Source of the DNA: a virus
DNA: 64,000 nucleotides
IMG/VR virus record: IMGVR_UViG_3300045911_000155
Coordinates: 16,561-80,560 of that record
Strand: one strand, 5' to 3'
The position numbers were made by a program, and so were the translations under genes. Each line of letters begins with the position of its first letter. Positions within the stretch are counted from its first letter, which is position 1. Shown here in pieces: positions 16,335-25,293 of this stretch. Below the pieces are notes generated by a model that was given only the letters and a program-made list of their open reading frames with translations, made no database searches and was not told the origin of the DNA.

Positions 16335-17585
16335 TTAGACCGGCGGGGTGACGCTATCGAACAGAATGCGGCCCCATCCGCCGTCCGCCATCCCAACCCA
16401 AATTCCTGTAGCGTCGCGATAGATGACCGCGCCGGTAGCATTGCCGACCGGGGTGCCATTCAAAACCGTGAATGGATAGGTCGATCCATTCTTGAGAAGG
16501 TTGCCGGTCAGGTTGATGTTGCCATCAACGTCTAGCCGGTGATCGGGTAAGACCGTTCCCAATCCAAGCCGGTGATTCGTTGCGTCCCACCAGAAGTTTG
16601 TGTCCTGTGTGTCATTGACCGTATTGAAAAATCCGTGGCCGGTGGCGTGGATGGTCAATTGATTCTCGACATTGCGAACGACGATCCCGGTGCCGGTAGG
16701 TTGGGTCAAGATATTGTTTGAGACTGCCGGGTAAACGTTGTTGGGTCCACTGAAACTTGGCCCTAGATTGTCGATCCCGCCATTCAGGGAAACGTAGCCA
16801 AGGTACACACCGTAACCGTTCAAAGAGAAGTCGTAGCTGTTTGTATATTGAACGGCGCTGTTCGACAACGGAGCAACAATGACACCAGAATCCGGGGTGG
16901 CAATCATGACAATGTTTCCATTGTCCATATCGGCGATGATGTTAGCCGTGGAAGAGGTTCCAAGATTGCCGCCCATCACAGCGCCGCCGGTGTAGGTCAT
17001 GATGGTTCCATCAATCGGCACACCGCTCAATGAAGCGGTGAAGGTGGTTGCGCTCAGAACGTTCTCAATCGTGATCTTCTGATTCGAGAAGGAAAGATTG
17101 GTGCCGGTTCCACCCAACACTTCCACCCGCATTCCGACGCTCAAATGTTGTGTGCTCGAAACGGTGAACACAGCGGGATTCGCTGTGGATATCGCCGTGA
17201 TCGGGAGCAGGATCAATTGGAATTGCGCCGCATCAAATGTGTTGCTGTATGCTGCAATTGCAGCTTTGCCGCCGCTCACATTCAGGATCGTGGAGTCTTG
17301 TGGGTCCACACTGATGGTGAGCGGCGATTCAGGAGTGTTGCCGGACGGAGTTGTCCATTGCCCCGCACCATTCAAATACACAGCCGCGTCATTCGGTAAC
17401 TTGGGGGCGAAACCGTGCCGGGCGTTTGATACGTTGTTGTTCGTATTGTCGCTCAGCGTCAGGTCGGATTCGATAATGTTGCCGGTGATTGCATGGGTGG
17501 CATTCCAGTTGGAAGGACGAATGAGACTATCGTCATTTCCGTCCGGCTTGGTGGATACGAAACTGTGCGTAATGGTGAGCGGCAT
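16335..17585 (-). CDS. Virion fibre / appendage protein
   Basis: CTAAATA promoter; G/S/T/N-rich; N-terminus shared with the 20997 gene; RLGLGT..P...LDVDG fibre motif. Confidence 0.75.
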   Translation of the reverse strand: MPLTITHSFVSTKPDGNDDSLIRPSNWNATHAITGNIIESDLTLSDNTNNNVSNARHGFAPKLPNDAAVYLNGAGQWTTPSGNTPESPLTISVDPQDSTILNVSGGKAAIAAYSNTFDAAQFQLILLPITAISTANPAVFTVSSTQHLSVGMRVEVLGGTGTNLSFSNQKITIENVLSATTFTASLSGVPIDGTIMTYTGGAVMGGNLGTSSTANIIADMDNGNIVMIATPDSGVIVAPLSNSAVQYTNSYDFSLNGYGVYLGYVSLNGGIDNLGPSFSGPNNVYPAVSNNILTQPTGTGIVVRNVENQLTIHATGHGFFNTVNDTQDTNFWWDATNHRLGLGTVLPDHRLDVDGNINLTGNLLKNGSTYPFTVLNGTPVGNATGAVIYRDATGIWVGMADGGWGRILFDSVTPPV

Positions 17586-17598
17586 GACTAACAGGTAT

Positions 17599-18039
17599 TT
17601 AGGCCGGTGGGTTCTGCATTGCCGCGATTTCCATTCGGGTCTTTGCCAACCATTCGACCAGCATAGCCGGGGTGACCGTCGTGAGCATGCCAGACGTGCC
17701 AAGCCACTGCCAGATACCGACTGTCATGCCGTCGATTTCCGCTTCGGTCAGTTCGTTCTTGACCGCGCCGGATACTTTTCCGATCCGGTAGGTCATATTG
17801 ACGATGAACCGCATCATCAACAAGGACCGTTGCGTCGGTGTGGTGTCTTTGCTGATCTGTAGAATGTTGGGCGGTTGCATGGTCATTTGCATGCCCGCCG
17901 GGAGATCGCAGTACTGGACGACGAAACTATTGTTCTCATCGCCTAGTGTCAAGATGTCAGGGAAGTGAAGTTTAGCGGACGACGGGTCGGGTAACCCATC
18001 GGACAAAACCTTGAATTCGTTCGATGTTTCGGATGTCAT
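17599..18039 (-). CDS. Hypothetical protein
   Basis: ATG at 18039 after TATAAT. Confidence 0.65.
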   Translation of the reverse strand: MTSETSNEFKVLSDGLPDPSSAKLHFPDILTLGDENNSFVVQYCDLPAGMQMTMQPPNILQISKDTTPTQRSLLMMRFIVNMTYRIGKVSGAVKNELTEAEIDGMTVGIWQWLGTSGMLTTVTPAMLVEWLAKTRMEIAAMQNPPA

Positions 18040-18187
18040 CACGATTATATACAACGACCGAAACCCGTTCTTGAACGATTCTCCCGCGCGTGCGCGTGCG
18101 CACGATGTAGAAGGCTTGTACTCCCCGGCGACGCCCGGCAAACGCCACAGGCGCGGCCAGAAGCGTCAAAAAGGCATGTCTGGTCAT
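17972..18187 (-). CDS. Small protein with Tat-like N-terminus
   Basis: MTRHAFLTLLAAPVAFA. Confidence 0.45.
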   Translation of the reverse strand: MTRHAFLTLLAAPVAFAGRRRGVQAFYIVRTRTRGRIVQERVSVVVYNRDDIRNIERIQGFVRWVTRPVVR

Positions 18188-18196
18188 GTGTCCATT

Positions 18197-18460
18197 CTAT
18201 CGCCGGGGTGATTTTCCCGCAAGGAACTCTTCGTAGGTCACACTGACGCCGCGCGGCCCGACGCCGGTGACTAGCAAGGTTCCGGCGGACAGGCTGACGG
18301 TATGGATGCCATCCCGCCGTTTTCGGCCCGTAAACGGCTTGTACGTGATCGTTCCCTTCCCGGTGCCCTGACAGTGCAAGCACACCACGGCGACGCCTTG
18401 TGGCTCCGCAAAACCGCGATAGACGCCGGTTCCTTGACAGGACGGGCACTCAATATTCAA
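18197..18460 (-). CDS. DnaJ-type zinc-finger protein
   Basis: CPSCQGTG...CLHCQGTG. Confidence 0.75.
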   Translation of the reverse strand: MNIECPSCQGTGVYRGFAEPQGVAVVCLHCQGTGKGTITYKPFTGRKRRDGIHTVSLSAGTLLVTGVGPRGVSVTYEEFLAGKSPRR

Positions 18461-18873
18461 TAGTCATCTGTTGCGACATCAAAAGCCTCTACTAACAATT
18501 GTCCACTGTGTTCGAGCAACCACTGTTCCCGATACTCTTCGATGATCGGGAGAACTTCCGCCGCGTATCGGCTGTGAACGTATGCGTGATGCGTCGGGCA
18601 TATCGGAATCAAGTTTTCTGGCCGGTTGTCGTTGTGGTTTCCATTCGCATGGTGAACGGCGACGATCTTCCGTTCACCGCACACGACGCATTTCTTTTCG
18701 TGGTAGGCGAAACAGGTAGACCGATAGGCATCTTCCGACCAGTTTGGATTCCGTTGCTTCGTGCGGAAGAGCCGATTGGCGCACGACCGGGAGCATGTCG
18801 TGTTGCCGGGTTTGACATCTTTGCCACAGATAGGACAGTAGACCACACATCTGTTTAGGTGCGGCAAAAGCAA
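18457..18873 (-). CDS. HNH endonuclease (true start probably slightly downstream)
   Basis: CVVCG...VHHANGNHNDNRPENLIPICPTHH. Confidence 0.85.
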   Translation of the reverse strand: MLLPHLNRCVVYCPICGKDVKPGNTTCSRSCANRLFRTKQRNPNWSEDAYRSTCFAYHEKKCVVCGERKIVAVHHANGNHNDNRPENLIPICPTHHAYVHSRYAAEVLPIIEEYREQWLLEHSGQLLVEAFDVATDDY

Positions 18874-18897
18874 AGCCCGGCATTTCTGCCGGGCCTT
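18867..18897 (-). terminator. Intrinsic terminator downstream of Y RNA-like 2
   Basis: GGCCCGGCA-GAAA-TGCCGGGCT-TTGCTTTT. Confidence 0.75.
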
Positions 18898-18909
18898 GGT
18901 GTGATTTCA

Positions 18910-18973
18910 ATGAGCAAGTGGGTGACTGTCGGCTGGTCTATGTCAAGTAGGTAACCAACAATCTTCGGCTCAT
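18910..18973 (-). ncRNA. Y RNA-like (stem-bulge) RNA 2
   Basis: ATGAGC-CGAAG...CACTT-GCTCAT bulged stem; upper stem GATTGTTGG/CCGACAGTC; loop starts TTACC; TGGTACAAT and CTAAATA upstream. Confidence 0.7.
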
Positions 18974-19004
18974 CTACTACTTCTCCGATTGTACCACGTT
19001 GTAT

Positions 19005-19400
19005 TTAGGCGAACAACTCCATCTGATCGCCGGGTGGCGGTACGGGTTCAGAAGCCTTCTCCGGGAATTTGGCGCGGTATGCGTCCACGGACAAGCTCTT
19101 CCACTTGAGGGGCTTCGCCGGGTTCTGTTGATGGAACGCCTTCAGCTTCGCCGTGAATTCGTTGAACGCCGGGCCGGGCTGAACCGTGTCTTCGGTGAGC
19201 ACGATGACGTTGTTGGAAACGAGATAATCCCATACCGGTACATTGGTCATGGACCAACGTGGTGCCGGTAGGATGCTCAGCATTTCCAAAACGATTTCGG
19301 GCGGGTACACCTTTCCGTCAAGAGTCACGAACCGCAACAAGCGGGGTTGAAAATGGACCTCTTCGACCAAGCTGAAATCAGGCAGTTGCATATTCACCAT
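19005..19400 (-). CDS. Hypothetical protein
   Basis: 131 aa, directly downstream of the fibre gene. Confidence 0.65.
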   Translation of the reverse strand: MVNMQLPDFSLVEEVHFQPRLLRFVTLDGKVYPPEIVLEMLSILPAPRWSMTNVPVWDYLVSNNVIVLTEDTVQPGPAFNEFTAKLKAFHQQNPAKPLKWKSLSVDAYRAKFPEKASEPVPPPGDQMELFA

Positions 19401-19410
19401 TATCCGGTAG

Positions 19411-20997
19411 TTAGGTCAGCTTCAAATACTGAACGTCGATGGACTCTGAGTTTTGGACATAGACGAACAGATTGATGACGTTCAGTCCGCTGATCGTGTG
19501 CGGCTCCACCCATGTGGTGCCATTGATTTGCCAACCACAGGTGATAACAGAACCGGAGCGAACGAACCGCAACTTGAACAGGTTGCCGGGCGGTGGTGAA
19601 CCCGATGGTCCAATGTTGGTGTTGTTGTAGAAGTTCCAATTGAACCATCCAGTGTTATTCCAGTAGTGATCTTGTGTCCACATGGTAGTTTCCGCTGGTG
19701 ATACGAATTCCCCACACCGAAAGCGCTCCCACGCCGCCGCTGTCGTCGCGGAATCCAATGCCGACGAAATTTGCCAACGCTGTATTCGGCACAAATTGCA
19801 CTTCGAAATTGAACGCTCCCGATCCACCCAATCCACCGGGCCGGTACAGACCGATGGGATAGTTCTGCGTTACGCTTCCGGTGTACCCGAAAGTGAAATC
19901 GTTGCCATTGTCGGTCATCGTGTAGTTGGCGTCCGTAGGAGTTACCACGTAAGACGACAGAGCCGATGCCGATGGAATGTTTGGATTGCGGTACGGAATC
20001 GAAGTGCCGTATTGTCCAGTCACATACCAGTTATCACCATCTGATTGAATTTCGCGATAGGCATATTGGGTGTTCAGGTTGACTGTCGTTTCACCGTCGA
20101 TGGTGTCCGGGGCGACGGGTGTGATGTAGACGGTGTTAGTTGTGCCTTTCACCTTGGCAATGTACTTCTTGCCGGTGTAAGAAGCGGCGGGCGGCAAATT
20201 GACAATGACGTGATCCGTTGTTTGGTCGCAGACAATCGTGCCGTCTGTTGGCAGAACAGTGTATGGTGAGTTCGTGTGGTTGATCGTGACGATCTTGGAA
20301 GATTCACCAAGCGACATCAGATCCCAGGGGTCACGTCCGGGGCTTGATTGGTCGTGTTGCCCAAACACACATAGGACGATCCGTTGTAGGAAACCACATC
20401 ATACGGCACATATGCGGTCGCATTTGACCAAACACCAAGCCAAGTGAACCCTTGACCATCGGCACCCGCCGCACCCGCCGGGCCTGTCGCACCGGTTGCA
20501 CCGGTTGCACCAGTCTGCCCCTTGACGGCATAGAGGGTAGTTCCATCCGGCGTCAGGAACTCTTGCATCGTCACGGCATTGGCCGTTGTGTCTACTGCAT
20601 TCCCGCCCACCACGTTGCCCGGCCATGCGAACGTATGCCCGCCCGCATTGTTCTGGACGATGAAGAAGGTGATTCGCTGCCCGGCGGTCAAGTTGCTGAC
20701 CGTGCTCGAAGTCACGTTGCCGGTCAAGACGATGCGGAATTGATTGCCTAGTGCTGCGTCAAATGTCGGAGTGGCGGAAAAGGTGACTGTCGTGACGTTC
20801 CCACTCACCCGCCCATTGAAAGTGTTGTACCCCGTCCACGTGTTGTTCCCCGTCCACGTGTTGTTCCCGGCAAGCTGTTCGGTGCCAAGTGTGCCGGTGA
20901 CGGTGTGCGCTGCATTCCAGTTCGACGGTCGAATCTTCGTCGGGTCCGGGCCGTCCGGTTTGGCGGAAACGAAGGGGTGTGTGATTGACAGTGCCAT
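19411..20997 (-). CDS. Collagen-containing fibre protein split by two apparent frameshifts (near 20327 and 19684)
   Basis: Three overlapping frames join: ...GQTGATGATGATG...APDVTP/WDLMS...SGNY/MWTQDHYW...; CTAAATA promoter. Confidence 0.7.
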
Positions 20998-21038
20998 GAC
21001 TGTCGTATTTAGGGTGGTATAATAGATCAGCTTCTCAT

Positions 21039-21245
21039 ATGAAGATCAAAAACCTCTTGAAAGACATTCTCGAAGGCTCCGTCCAAGTGCCGGACCAAGT
21101 GTGGAGTTTTGCATGGGACCGGGGAAACCGCCAGAACGTCCGGTTCCCCAAGGACGCATACGAAGCGATCCGGCTGAACGATGAATTTATGCTGGTCCGG
21201 GTGCCGAAGCAATCGCGCCCGGCTGAAGAGGCAAAGACCGCGTGA
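21039..21245 (+). CDS. Hypothetical protein
   Basis: TGGTATAAT extended -10 at 21015-21023. Confidence 0.7.
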   Translation: MKIKNLLKDILEGSVQVPDQVWSFAWDRGNRQNVRFPKDAYEAIRLNDEFMLVRVPKQSRPAEEAKTA

Positions 21246-21466
21246 CGCTTCAGGACGCCATCAAGCGCGGCTGGTGTCCGTATCTGTTCCGGGAAGTGGA
21301 ACGGGAGAACAAAGCAAAGCGGCGGCTAGATCCTTTGATGGGTCGAATCAGGGATTTATTGCCCGGACTGATCCATCATCAGATTGCGCCGCCGCAACCT
21401 TTGCTTGGAGAGACTTCGCGAATTTTTAGCCTTCGCGTTCGGCCTTCATCATTTCCTTCAGGCTAG
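21242..21466 (+). CDS. Small protein carrying a Gol-peptide-like copy of the major capsid protein
   Basis: LDPLMGRIRDLLPGLIHHQIAPPQPLLGETSRIFSLR versus MCP WDPIMISMVRRAMPNLVAYDICGVQPMTGPTGLIFAMR; GTGA coupling to the upstream gene. Confidence 0.65.
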   Translation: MTLQDAIKRGWCPYLFREVERENKAKRRLDPLMGRIRDLLPGLIHHQIAPPQPLLGETSRIFSLRVRPSSFPSG

Positions 21467-21752
21467 AGTATCCTTTCCGCCGGGCTTCACGGTGCCGGGC
21501 CTTCATGAGCTTGGAGAGTTTCGCGCGCCCTTCGCTGGTCATGCGTTCGGCGATGGCATTCGGAATTTTCGGTGCCTTGTCGCTTTTCGTGGTGACCTTG
21601 ACGCCGAAGGAACGAAGCGCTTTGTTGATGGCTTTCAATTCGCTCTGCCCGTCTTTGAGTGCGGTCTTTGCATCCGCGACCTGTTTGGCGGCTTGCGTCT
21701 GAGCCTGTTTGAGAAGCGACACCACGTCATTGATTGTTTTTGATTGCTGCAT
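21426..21752 (-). CDS. Basic coiled-coil, nucleoid-associated-like protein
   Basis: N-terminal coiled coil plus MTSEGRAKLSKLMKARH motif. Confidence 0.65.
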   Translation of the reverse strand: MQQSKTINDVVSLLKQAQTQAAKQVADAKTALKDGQSELKAINKALRSFGVKVTTKSDKAPKIPNAIAERMTSEGRAKLSKLMKARHREARRKGYSSLKEMMKAEREG

Positions 21753-21960
21753 TGCGCTTGTCCTGTCTGAGAAATTCCAAGGCGACGCCTTGTCTGTACA
21801 CTTCGCGGGTCGTCGGGCTGATCCACTGAATCCTCCACATGCATCCGACCTTCCGGCGGGAGTACACCCGCCATCCGGCCTTGTGAAGTTTCTGTTGATC
21901 TTTGGACGGGATGAATTTGTTGCCCCGTCCATCATAGATTTGTTCGGTCGGTTGAGACAT
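21727..21960 (-). CDS. Hypothetical protein
   Basis: AAAGGA RBS, ATG at 21960. Confidence 0.65.
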   Translation of the reverse strand: MSQPTEQIYDGRGNKFIPSKDQQKLHKAGWRVYSRRKVGCMWRIQWISPTTREVYRQGVALEFLRQDKRNAAIKNNQ

Positions 21961-21971
21961 CGTGTTTCCTT

Positions 21972-22673
21972 TTAGGCGTACCAAGAGCAGTACTTTGGCT
22001 TGCCGTCCCACTTCGAAGCGTTGCCGTGGTCCATCTTGACGCTGGTCGCGGTGCTCATGCGCTTGGTCAGGACCGGCGCATCGGCAAGGAAGGCATTCGG
22101 CACGGCTTCCATGTTGCAAGCCATGTTGTGCTTCATGTCGTCGTGGGCGGACGGCACCGGGCGGCTGGTGATTTCCCGGATCTTGACACCCTTCGGGGTC
22201 AGGCCGATCACCTGAAAGAAGTCGCAGTTGGTCTGTTCGTATCCCCAAGAGTAGTGGAGAACATCACCGACTGCCAATTCACAGGTGACCGCTTTCCGTT
22301 CGGCCTTGCGCTGTTCGACGCGCTGGACGCGGGCAGTTTCGTCGTTCTTGATGCGGAGCAAGTATCCCGCCCGTTCATGCTCAGTGCGGAACCGGTAGAA
22401 GGCCATCGGCTTGGTCGCCCGGCCCCGGTAAACCTTGAGGATGAAACCGCGTTCGTTCGTGTAGAGGAAGATGAACAGTCCGCCGTGAACTTCGTTCGGG
22501 CGGACAATCGTCATGATCGGGGCGGCACCGCCGCCAAACTGAAGGGTCTGACCGGGCTGGATGCCCTTGATGGCGTTGATAATCTCTTCGTCATCGGCAT
22601 TGGCTTCGAGCAGTTCAGCGGTACGCACCGGCTGACCGTTCAACATCAGGATTTCGGGAAGTTCGTTGTTCAT
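21972..22673 (-). CDS. Early hypothetical protein
   Basis: Promoter at 22719-22691 plus GAGAGACGACATG leader; WGYEQTNCDFFQV motif. Confidence 0.8.
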   Translation of the reverse strand: MNNELPEILMLNGQPVRTAELLEANADDEEIINAIKGIQPGQTLQFGGGAAPIMTIVRPNEVHGGLFIFLYTNERGFILKVYRGRATKPMAFYRFRTEHERAGYLLRIKNDETARVQRVEQRKAERKAVTCELAVGDVLHYSWGYEQTNCDFFQVIGLTPKGVKIREITSRPVPSAHDDMKHNMACNMEAVPNAFLADAPVLTKRMSTATSVKMDHGNASKWDGKPKYCSWYA

Positions 22674-22708
22674 GTCGTCTCTCTGAATCCAGAATACGAC
22701 AACACGAC

Positions 22709-23151
22709 CTATATGTCAAGCACTATTTTTCGGGAACCATCGGGCAAAGGGAGACATCGCCAATTGATCGCGGGTGTTGCGGATCGCGTCGATGAGAGTA
22801 TCGCCGCTCCCGGCCCATTCATCCGATGCCCGGCCAACGTTTGTGCGGCGGCGCGGAAGCGGGTGATTTCATCCGGGATGAACTGTTGCAAACCTTGAAG
22901 GGTCTGAATGAACAGGATCAGCGGGCCGCTGGTCGGATGGACTTTCGCGCGGAGTTCTTTCAACTTCTCCGGGTCGAACGTGATCGCCGGGGCGGTCGGG
23001 AAGATGGTCGTCGGGGCTTGGTACGTGGGATGCCGGTTCCGGTCGGCACAAATGTGGTGCGCGCCGGTGGCGTGGTAGTTCCTTGCGCCGGTGCGGGCGT
23101 GGTCGGATCTTCTTCGATGACAAGTTTCTTGAGGCTGTCGAAAAGGCTCAT
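22709..23151 (-). pseudogene. Frameshifted and probably truncated hypothetical gene
   Basis: The MSLFDSLKKLVIEE frame shifts near 23027 into the TYQAPTTIF...FIQTLQGLQ frame, which then runs into the early promoter cassette. Confidence 0.5.
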
Positions 23152-23570
23152 TCGTTTCCGTCTCCCGCCGTCTTGGTTTGGTTTTCCGGTTCCGCTTCGC
23201 CTTCAGGCGCTTCGCCAGACGCGGGCCAGCCTTCACCGGCGGCTTCGGCGTAGATGCGCGCCGCGTTTTCCCGGATGTACTTCGTGAGTTCGGGCGTGAA
23301 GTCTTTTTCGACGAACCCACGTTCCTTCAGCCGGTCGAATGCGTTCTTCACCGCTTCCTGTTGAGAAGCGTTGCGGCGCATGGACCACTGGATCACTTGG
23401 ATCACCGTCGTCTTCATCGACTTCGACAGGCTCACGTTGATCGTGGGCGCAATCAGCTTGATGATTTCGTGCAGTTTCACGACTTCGGTGCTGAGTTTGC
23501 CGACCGTCGCTTCAAGCGTGGAAATACGCTTCAGCAAGGCGGCTTCGTTCTTCTGTGGCTTGATGCTCAT
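23148..23570 (-). CDS. Hypothetical coiled-coil protein
   Basis: GGAG RBS, 140 aa. Confidence 0.75.
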   Translation of the reverse strand: MSIKPQKNEAALLKRISTLEATVGKLSTEVVKLHEIIKLIAPTINVSLSKSMKTTVIQVIQWSMRRNASQQEAVKNAFDRLKERGFVEKDFTPELTKYIRENAARIYAEAAGEGWPASGEAPEGEAEPENQTKTAGDGNE

Positions 23571-23762
23571 GGGGAAACTCCCGTTTGGTTTGACATAAAA
23601 GTGTGTCCAAGATCAGTATAGCCTGACATAGTATGTCGTGTCAACATCAAAACCGCCAGACATACGGATCATTTCGTTCGACTCGTTTCCCACCGGGCAT
23701 CGCTACAGGACATTATCCTGTTTTGCCACGGTTCCCGGATGACATATAATCGTAGCACGACT

Positions 23763-24179
23763 ATGGCCGATTCCAAACTTGAATTCGATTTGACCATCGC
23801 TATCCCCAAGAAAACATTGACACATGGGTCGTACTACGGTGGAAAGTGTCGGAATGCCTACATTGCGCGATGGGACGCGACGACCGGCGGCTTCGTCCAC
23901 TGGCGTGCAAAATTCAACGCCTTCTTCACCGAAAGCATTCAGCACCCGGAAGACGCGCACAACAACCATTTCGACTACTTCCTTCCTCTTTTTGAGGTTG
24001 ATCCTGTCGTCCCGATCCCACTCCCCGACGAAGACCGCCCGAAAAACGTTCAGGCCGAATACAATTCGTGGGAGAAAAATGTCCGGCTGGCCGTTCGTGA
24101 ACACCTGTCTGTACACGGGAGCGAAGAAGACAAAAGGATGATCGCCATTCATCGCCGGATGGAAGGCTCACCAGAATGA
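23763..24179 (+). CDS. Hypothetical protein
   Basis: YYGGKCRNAYIARWD motif; TATAAT upstream. Confidence 0.7.
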   Translation: MADSKLEFDLTIAIPKKTLTHGSYYGGKCRNAYIARWDATTGGFVHWRAKFNAFFTESIQHPEDAHNNHFDYFLPLFEVDPVVPIPLPDEDRPKNVQAEYNSWEKNVRLAVREHLSVHGSEEDKRMIAIHRRMEGSPE

Positions 24180-24191
24180 GATCATCTAAAC

Positions 24192-24650
24192 ATGGGTATG
24201 CTCTACGGAATTGATGGAAAGCCTCTAGGCCAGCAAGAAGACACCGCCACCCGCCTGTACCATGTCCAGTTGATGAACATGCTGTTGTTCCAGCGGGATA
24301 CGTTGATGGGTGTGGTGCGCACCTGTGAATCCGCACTGGAGAAGATGAACGATCCGAAGCACCAGTTGCACGTTCGGATGATTTCACAGATCGCGGAGAA
24401 GGCGAAGGAAGCGACAGAAAACGAAGCTGTGTCTGGTTTCATCAGCGGCACCCAAGCGCGGCTGGCATATGAAATTTGTGAACGTCTGGTTGCAGAAGCA
24501 AAACTGTTTGATGAAGCGGATTCCGACGAACCGACCACGGAATGTCAGGAATTGATGCAGACGTTGATCGCCCGGATGCTCACCAAGCTGGCACCGGCGG
24601 ACGAATCGGAAGCGAAGGCGAATGTCGAATCGGTAGTGGAAACACCTTAG
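24192..24650 (+). CDS. Hypothetical helical protein
   Basis: 152 aa. Confidence 0.7.
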   Translation: MGMLYGIDGKPLGQQEDTATRLYHVQLMNMLLFQRDTLMGVVRTCESALEKMNDPKHQLHVRMISQIAEKAKEATENEAVSGFISGTQARLAYEICERLVAEAKLFDEADSDEPTTECQELMQTLIARMLTKLAPADESEAKANVESVVETP

Positions 24651-24657
24651 TACTATG

Positions 24658-24708
24658 GTCCTGTATTTCCATTTTTCGTGGTCCCTATGAAAAATAGAAA
24701 TACAGGAC
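24658..24708. repeat. Long AT-rich inverted repeat
   Basis: GTCCTGTATTTC-C-ATTTTTC-GTGG ... CTAT-GAAAAAT-A-GAAATACAGGAC. Confidence 0.8.
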
Positions 24709-24915
24709 GCCAATCTTGCATCTAAGGTGTTTTTTCTCCCCGGAGTGTTTGCTATACTTGGCTATTCTCTGTTGCTGAACGGGAATATACGTGCCTTCGT
24801 TGCGGCCAAACGAACGAAGGATCAGAAAGGAGCACGGCGTCTTATGTAGGTACCAAGTGGACTGCCAGCTAGAACATCTTGCCGACTTGAACCAACACTG
24901 AAGAGGGGTTAACCG

Positions 24916-25293
24916 ATGCCAAGGAAGAAAACACTGCCCCCGACCACCAGTCAGTTGAACGCTGTGGTCACGGCGCTAGCAAAAGAGAATGCGCGTTTGA
25001 AAGCGGAACTCGACGAAGTTCAGCAAGACCTGAGCGACACCGTTGACCGGATGCTTGCAAATGAGCGAAATGAGAAGAAGACTCAAACGGCGGCTCAAAA
25101 GGAACTCGAAGAACTCCATCGGGAGATCGACGGGAAGAACCCGGCCAGCAAGGACCCGCAATGGTACATCACCCGTTTGCGGATCATGAAGTCGCAGTTA
25201 GAGAAGATGCGCACGCAAGTAGCGCGTCTGGAAAGGATCTGTACCGAAAACAACATCAACATTGACGACGACGGAGAAGAACAAGTCGCATGA
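24916..25293 (+). CDS. Coiled-coil protein
   Basis: GAGGGG RBS; ATGA overlap with ligase. Confidence 0.75.
   Translation: MPRKKTLPPTTSQLNAVVTALAKENARLKAELDEVQQDLSDTVDRMLANERNEKKTQTAAQKELEELHREIDGKNPASKDPQWYITRLRIMKSQLEKMRTQVARLERICTENNINIDDDGEEQVA

Noticed and set aside
20824-20867. Short tandem repeat as a mobile or regulatory element
   Set aside because: It is an in-frame coding repeat (NTWTG) of the fibre protein
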